A stretch of DNA of 64,000 nt from an uncultured Verrucomicrobiae bacterium (GTDB taxonomy: Bacteria > Verrucomicrobiota > Verrucomicrobiia > Limisphaerales > Palsa-1400). The position numbers and the translations under genes were made by a program. A model generated the notes under the pieces. The model made no database searches. It was given only the letters and a program-made list of their open reading frames with translations, and was not told the origin of the DNA. The stretch spans positions 1,984,001 to 2,048,000 of the forward strand of contig OY969763.1 in NCBI GenBank assembly GCA_963702845.1. The letters run 5' to 3'. The stretch's first letter is position 1, and the number at the start of each line of letters is the position of its first letter. This document shows, piece after piece, positions 58,194 to 64,000 of this stretch.

Positions 58194-59120
58194 TTACTCG
58201 TAGCCGCCTGAAGACTGGGCTGCGCTTTGGCTATTGCCGGCCAGCCACTTCTCGTATTCGGCTTCGGTTACGACGTTAATAGTGCCTTTCATGCTGTAGT
58301 GACCGTTGCCACAGAGCTGGGCGCAGTTGATCCAAAACTCTTTTTTCTGTCCCGTTACTGCTGGTTGGAACCACGCCGGAAAGTTCATTCCCGGGATTGC
58401 ATCCTGGGTCACGCGCATCGGTTTGCACGCAAAACAATGAATCACGTCGCGCGAACTGATGTGGACGAGGATCGGGCGGCCTTCGGGGACGTAAATATCA
58501 TTCTTGACGATGAAGTTGCCCTTAGACTTGGGATCTTTCATGTCGAGGCTGACGTTGCCGGAGTTCAAATCGAGGGATCCAAAACCGTCAGCACCAGGAT
58601 ACCAGGCATTCCAAAGGAATTGCTGGCCGATGACACGAATGACAACGGTGTTCTTGTCCTTTTCATTTGGAAACGTCTGGACTGCGTGCGCCCACAACGG
58701 GATAGCCAAACCAATCAGCAACACGCCTTCAACGAGGGCTACCAGTCCCTCGACATAGGTCGAGATGTGGCTTTTCACACCTGTATAATCGGCGACGGGA
58801 TTGACGTTGCGACGAAAGCGGAACAGGACATAGCCGAAATATCCAACCCACCCAACGAACAGCACTGCCATTAAACCATGAATCGCCTTGTTCAACGTAT
58901 CAATGCCGCCACCCTGCATCGAATGGTTTTCTATGGCGTGCATGGGATTGATCGAAAAAATCGCCGTGGCGGGCAGGAACAGGATTTGCAGAATCGGATT
59001 TCCATGCTGGCCCGCTGCATAATTATAGGCCAATCCGGCGACGAGATAGATCGCGAAAGCGAGCGAGTAAATCGCCCATCGGATGAAGCCGGAATTCGGA
59101 TTCGAAGTTGGTTTGTTCAT
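58194..59120 (-). CDS. ctaC: Cytochrome c oxidase subunit II
   Basis: DVIH, DAIPG, CAQLCGNGHYSM CuA ligands. Confidence 0.93.
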   Translation of the reverse strand: MNKPTSNPNSGFIRWAIYSLAFAIYLVAGLAYNYAAGQHGNPILQILFLPATAIFSINPMHAIENHSMQGGGIDTLNKAIHGLMAVLFVGWVGYFGYVLFRFRRNVNPVADYTGVKSHISTYVEGLVALVEGVLLIGLAIPLWAHAVQTFPNEKDKNTVVIRVIGQQFLWNAWYPGADGFGSLDLNSGNVSLDMKDPKSKGNFIVKNDIYVPEGRPILVHISSRDVIHCFACKPMRVTQDAIPGMNFPAWFQPAVTGQKKEFWINCAQLCGNGHYSMKGTINVVTEAEYEKWLAGNSQSAAQSSGGYE

Positions 59121-59123
59121 TGA

Positions 59124-59396
59124 TTAAATTGTAGGTTGAGCGACCGGTTCAGCGTCGGGCAGTTGTGACGCGCGGCGAACGAGGTAAAATGCAAAACTTG
59201 CCGCGCCGACGAGGACAAAAACAATCACGCCAAGCAGCGTAAAAATTCCAGCGTTCATCCCTTGGGCCATCTCGGAATCGTTTTTTCCGCCTGCACACGC
59301 GGCGCAAGCGAATAAGGATGGGGCGATCGCGAGAAATGCGAAGGTCAAAACCAATTTGATCACAGCCTTGCTACGAATGGTATAATTCGAGGTCAT
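59124..59396 (-). CDS. Small membrane protein with CxxC in oxidase cluster
   Basis: FACAAC..GMNAGIFTLLG; ATGA overlap with upstream gene. Confidence 0.7.
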   Translation of the reverse strand: MTSNYTIRSKAVIKLVLTFAFLAIAPSLFACAACAGGKNDSEMAQGMNAGIFTLLGVIVFVLVGAASFAFYLVRRASQLPDAEPVAQPTI

Positions 59397-59599
59397 AGAT
59401 AGCTGATCTGTTTCAGTTTGCGCATCACCGATTTGCCGTACCAAATCAGGCCGACACCCACAACCGCGGCGGCAATCGCTCCGAGTAAATTCCCAACAGC
59501 CTTCGTGACGAAATAGTTGTTCAGCAGCCAGCCTGCGAAAAAGAACACGACTAGAGTTGAAACTGTAACGAAAACGAGATGGAAGGCTTTGAGTGACAT
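59393..59599 (-). CDS. Small two-TM membrane protein
   Basis: Tightly packed in the operon; hydrophobic. Confidence 0.7.
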   Translation of the reverse strand: MSLKAFHLVFVTVSTLVVFFFAGWLLNNYFVTKAVGNLLGAIAAAVVGVGLIWYGKSVMRKLKQISYL

Positions 59600-59982
59600 T
59601 ATTGGATATGGATGAGGTTGCCGCGTTCCATGGACCAGATCGTCAGATACATCAAGGCCGCAAAGAAAAACACTGTGAACGCCAACACCGAATAAATCAT
59701 TTTCTTTTCAGAAATGAGATGCATGAAAAAGCCGGCGACGAGAAAACCTTTGGCACAGGCGATGATGAGAGCGACGATGACATTCCAGTTCAAATCTTTG
59801 CCCGGTAAAACTTTGGCGAAATCGATGAACGCAGCCCAGACGGTCAGGCCCGTACCGACCATCAACGCGACGCCAATCAGGAGATAACGGTTAACGTGTT
59901 TACGAATTTCTTCCGCAGAATGTTCGTGATCGTCGTGGGCGGCGGAATGTTGTGCGTGTTGCATAGAGTGAGAGTGACTCAT
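59599..59982 (-). CDS. Cytochrome c oxidase subunit IV family protein
   Basis: IACAKGFLVAGFFMHL motif; His-rich N-terminus. Confidence 0.85.
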   Translation of the reverse strand: MSHSHSMQHAQHSAAHDDHEHSAEEIRKHVNRYLLIGVALMVGTGLTVWAAFIDFAKVLPGKDLNWNVIVALIIACAKGFLVAGFFMHLISEKKMIYSVLAFTVFFFAALMYLTIWSMERGNLIHIQ

Positions 59983-59987
59983 GTTGT

Positions 59988-60845
59988 TTACAAAAGATAG
60001 AGGACGGGGAACAGGAAGATCCAAACCAGGTCAACCAAGTGCCAGAACAATCCGGACACTTCGACGCGATTCGTATATTGAACCGGATCCTTTCGCCAAA
60101 CACTGGCCAAGGGTCCCCAAATCATGAAGATGACCAATGCGCCGCCGACGACGTGCAAGGCGTGCAGGCCGGTCAGGATGAAGTAGATTGCAGTGTAAGT
60201 GTTGTGCCACGGACCGTAGTTGCTGAAGGTTTTGACTTCCGATGCAGCGAAATGTCCTTCGGGAAGTTCTTCAGCTTCTTTGGCTTCTTTCGAAAGCGGC
60301 GCTGGGCCTTCCATCAAGTCTGCATGGTTTTTTACGATGTGCGCATGTTCGATGAAAATCTCACCTTTTCCCGTCGGGTCCGACAGCTTGAAAGGAATCC
60401 ACCAGGGAACATTTACACCAGTTTTTTCGGTCTCTTCGCGATTGAGATGGCCGTCAAAGATTCTGCCGTCCTTCAATTGGAATTCGTAGTGGTGAAATTT
60501 GTCGCGATATTCAAACGACTTGATGCCCATGAACATGAGCGCGCAGAGCAACGTAATCGATTGAAACATTTGATAACGTTTGAAGTTACCCATCTTCAAC
60601 GAAGCCCAGGCAAGGACCACCGTGACTGACGAGGCAATCAGCACGATCGTATTAGTCATGCCGAGCAACACATTGAGCCAGTGAATCGGCCACGTGCCCG
60701 GGGCCGCTCCGACGCGTAACAGGATGTAGGACGAGAAGAGCGCTCCGAAGAGCATCACTTCCGATGCCAGAAACAGCCAAATGCCGACTTTGGCGTTGTA
60801 TAGACCGGTATCCGGCCGGGGTTTAACTGCGTACGGGATTTCCAT
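59988..60845 (-). CDS. ctaE: Cytochrome c oxidase subunit III
   Basis: WLFLASEVMLFGALF, LTGLHALHV, GLFWHLVDLVW. Confidence 0.93.
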   Translation of the reverse strand: MEIPYAVKPRPDTGLYNAKVGIWLFLASEVMLFGALFSSYILLRVGAAPGTWPIHWLNVLLGMTNTIVLIASSVTVVLAWASLKMGNFKRYQMFQSITLLCALMFMGIKSFEYRDKFHHYEFQLKDGRIFDGHLNREETEKTGVNVPWWIPFKLSDPTGKGEIFIEHAHIVKNHADLMEGPAPLSKEAKEAEELPEGHFAASEVKTFSNYGPWHNTYTAIYFILTGLHALHVVGGALVIFMIWGPLASVWRKDPVQYTNRVEVSGLFWHLVDLVWIFLFPVLYLL

Positions 60846-62719
60846 GTGATGAAGTTTGTTTTTCGGGCTCGTTCTGAGGAGTGTAATCGGTTACGTGGCC
60901 AGGCACGCTGTATTCGTAAGGACCACGGAACACTTCAACTTCCTTATCAAAGTTGCCGTGTGGCGGCGGAGTCGGCGTCTGCCATTCCAATGTCGTCGCT
61001 CCCCACGGGTTGTCGTTAGTGATCTTCTTACCGTTGTTGATGCTCCAGAAGAAATTGAAGATGAACGGAATTTGCGCCAGGCCGAGGCACCAGGCCGCGA
61101 TGGAAACGTTCTTGTTCAAGTCGATGACCCATTTGCTCAAACCGATGATGTCGCCGGCTGCAGAATAGGTCACGCCACCGTCATACAGACGGCGGGACAT
61201 GCCTTCCATGCCTTGAATGAACATCGGCATGAAGATCAGGTTCATGAAAATGAACGAGAGCACAAAGTGAACGCGGCCCCAGGTTTCGCTCATGAAACGC
61301 CCCGTTATTTTTGGATACCAATAATATATGCCGGCAAAAAGACCGAAGATCGTTCCTGGCGCTACGACGTAGTGGAAGTGCGCGATGACATAATAAGTGT
61401 CGTGCAAATGAATGTCGCTGGCGTTAAAGCCAAGTGGCAATCCAGTTAGACCGCCAATTCCGAACATCGGCAGAAAGGCCAGTGCGAACAGCATCGGCGT
61501 GTTGAATCGTATCGAACCGCCCCACAAGCGAAATGAAGAGCGCCGTCAAAATGATGACGGACGGAATCGAAATCATCATCGTGGTGGTTTGGAAGAACGT
61601 CGCAATGCGCGTTCCCATGCCGGTCATATACATGTGGTGCGCCCAGACGATGAACGACAGAAAACCGATGACCAACGAAGCGTAAACCATCGAGCGATAA
61701 CCCCAGATTGGTTTGCGCGTGTTGTTAGCGATGACTTCAGTAACGATACCCATCGCCGGGAGAATCAAAACGTACACTTCAGGATGTCCGAGGAACCAGA
61801 ACAAGTGCTGCCACAGCAATGGGCTGCCACCACCGCTGACGGGCAGGGCCTGTCCGGAAACAACCAAGCCGGTCGGCAGGAAGAAGCTCGTGCCGAGAAG
61901 ATTGTCGGCGAGTTGCAGAACACCGGCGGCTTCGAGCGGCGGAAACGCGAGCAACAAGAGGAACGCCGTCACGAACTGCGCCCACACGAAAAACGGTAGA
62001 CGCATCCAAGTGAGCCCCTTTGCGCGTAATTGGATAATCGTGGTAATGAAGTTAACGGCACCGAGTAGTGACGATGTAATCAGGAACACCATGCCGATAA
62101 TCCAGAAAGTTTGTCCGTTTGGAACGTGCGGATCAGCGACTGTCGCAAGCGGTGAGTAAGACGTCCAACCGGATTTGGCTGCACCGCCGGGAATGAAAAA
62201 GCTCGCGAGCATGATAACGCCACCAACGAAATAGAATTGGTAGCTGACCATGTTTACGCGCGGGAAGGTCATATCAGGCGCGCCGATTTGGAGCGGGGTG
62301 ACGAAATTACCGAAGGCGCCGAACGCCAAAGGCACAATCGCGAGGAACACCATGATCGTTCCATGCATTGCACCAAACGAATTGTACAGGTCAGGCATCA
62401 TGACGCCGGGTTGTTTTGACAGCGGCTCAATGCCAACCATTCCAGGGCCGAGAATTTTGTAGAGCCATTTGCCGACGACTGGCATGGCTTGGCCGGGATA
62501 CGCCAATTGCCAACGCATCATCATCATGAGCACGAAGCCCAAAAACAAAAAGAGCAGGGCAGTAATGCCGTATTGCACGCCGATGACTTTGTGGTCGGTG
62601 GAGAAGATGTACTTGCGCCAGAAACCTAACTCTTCGTGGTGAGCATCGTGGCCATGTCCATGATCGTGATCATGACCATGGTCGTGCGTATGACTATGTG
62701 CAGATTGTGCAGAGTCCAT
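60823..62719 (-). CDS. ctaD: Cytochrome c oxidase subunit I, frameshift near 61527
   Basis: TDHKVIG, MHGTIM, WFLGHPEVY, VWAHHM in one frame; WGGSI, LHDTYYVIAHFHYV in the next. Confidence 0.95.
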
Positions 62720-62821
62720 GTTAATTATTTTTCGATTTCAAAAATCTTATCAACCGCATTTGGCGCAACGGGCGTCAATATATGTAAAAAGAAGCTTCAT
62801 CTGGCAACGACTTTCTCTCGT

Positions 62822-63760
62822 TTAACGCGTTTTATCTAAAACCATTAACCCTAGTAATAATGGTAAGTAGAGAATAGACGCGTAAAACAGCGCCCGCGCT
62901 CGTGCGACCGACAATTCGCGCGAGAAACGAAATGCATACCAAAGAAACACGCCACCGAGAATTAGTGCACCACCTAAATATAAAGGTCCGACCAAGTGAA
63001 AAACGAAAGGGCACAGGCTGATGGGCAACAGTCCAAGCGTGTGGCTCAAAGCCTGACGGCCAGTGCGTTCACCGGTCGGATCGAGAACCGGCAACATCGC
63101 GAATCCGGCGCGAGCGTATTCTTCCCGATACATCCACGCAATTGCCAGGAAGTGCGGCAACTGCCAGAAGAACAAAATGGCAAACAACGCCCAACCGTCG
63201 TTAGTAATTTCACCACGCGCGGCGGTCCAACCCATCAATGGTGGCAGCGCGCCCGGTATCGCGCCAATCGCCGTGTTCAGAGTGGTGACACGTTTGAGCG
63301 GCGTATACACGAACAAATAACTGCACAACGTCGCCGCGCCGAGCACTGCAGTAATTAAATTCACTGCGAACGCTAAATAAATAAGACCCGCTGCAGAACA
63401 AGCTGCGCCGATAACAAGTGCGGTGTCGGGCGTCATGTGTCCGCTTGGAATCGGACGTGACGCCGTGCGTTTCATTTTCGCGTCGTGCTCCCGTTCCAGT
63501 AATTGATTCAACGCAGCGGCCCCGGCAGCAACCATTGCCGTCGCGACAACCGCGTGCAGCATCAACAGATAATTAATCGGACCACGAGAGCCCACGTAAA
63601 ATCCGACGAGTGTCGTGAGCAGGACGAGGAAGGTGAGACGGGCTTTAAACAGATCGCTGAGCAGCGCGCCAAGTGATTTCTCAGTCGTAACAGAGGTAGT
63701 GACGCGAGTTTCCGTAGGAATCGCGGGGGCAGCAGCGATGGTAGTTGCCGTCACTTTCAT
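62822..63760 (-). CDS. ctaB: Protoheme IX farnesyltransferase (heme O synthase)
   Basis: ALNQLLE..DAKMKRTASRP, YTPLKR, GAIPGALPP, WQLPHF. Confidence 0.95.
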   Translation of the reverse strand: MKVTATTIAAAPAIPTETRVTTSVTTEKSLGALLSDLFKARLTFLVLLTTLVGFYVGSRGPINYLLMLHAVVATAMVAAGAAALNQLLEREHDAKMKRTASRPIPSGHMTPDTALVIGAACSAAGLIYLAFAVNLITAVLGAATLCSYLFVYTPLKRVTTLNTAIGAIPGALPPLMGWTAARGEITNDGWALFAILFFWQLPHFLAIAWMYREEYARAGFAMLPVLDPTGERTGRQALSHTLGLLPISLCPFVFHLVGPLYLGGALILGGVFLWYAFRFSRELSVARARALFYASILYLPLLLGLMVLDKTR

Positions 63761-63761
63761 G

Positions 63762-64000
63762 TCACGTTGTCGAATGCGAAATTCCGAAACTGTTTTCGAT
63801 GGGAACTGCGCAGACTTTTCGGTCCGCGTTGGCTGTTAGCATCCGAAACGCCACTATCGTTAACAACGTCCCGGAAAGCAAGCTCAGCGCGCCCAACGCG
63901 ACATGTGTTGTCGCAATATCAGCAGATTTTCCAGTCCAGATCGTTGCCGCACCCAGGAGCGCCTGACAGCAAATCAATACAACCCACGCACACGACCAAC
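63762..64000 (-). CDS. ctaA: COX15/CtaA heme A synthase, C-terminal part only
   Basis: QALLGAATIW..IATTHVALGA; directly upstream of ctaB. Confidence 0.7.
   Translation of the reverse strand, partial: WSCAWVVLICCQALLGAATIWTGKSADIATTHVALGALSLLSGTLLTIVAFRMLTANADRKVCAVPIENSFGISHSTT

Noticed and set aside
61412..61530. Programmed frameshift or true pseudogene in cox subunit I
   Set aside because: No slippery heptamer; one of several similar indels, best explained as sequencing error.

Overview
Bacterial chromosomal segment, most likely Verrucomicrobiota (Pedosphaera/Limisphaerales-like). This is inferred from the long-extension ECF sigma factor, the LamG/RHS proteins and the repeat types. Positions 1 to ~25,000 are an accessory island; ~25,000-64,000 are housekeeping genes (comM, lysine catabolism lat/pcd, an ARC ATPase-Dop pair, an exonuclease-DNA ligase pair, rho, a Liv-type ABC transporter, a cytochrome c oxidase cluster). 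The most striking structure is at 1-9,900. A large serine recombinase gene (7742-9313, minus) has its last 144 bp repeated, still in frame, at 5772-5912 and 4092-4235, with a degenerate possible copy near 2200-2490. These repeats delimit tandem 1.7-2.0 kb units, each carrying a different cargo gene (PD-(D/E)XK nuclease-like, PIN fusion, HExxE/DUF3892 protein, Rad50/RloC-like ATPase) and usually a LexA-type HTH-only regulator. The junctions read like recombination products between a GACA core inside the recombinase gene and a GACA core upstream of it, which is itself one arm of a 34-bp inverted repeat around a strong promoter. The pattern suggests an integron-like cassette array driven by a serine recombinase whose C-terminus is supplied by the adjacent cassette; the mechanism is inference. 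Several single-base frameshifts in conserved genes (e.g. cox subunit I) suggest sequencing/assembly indels. All product calls come from motif recognition by eye; no searches were run.
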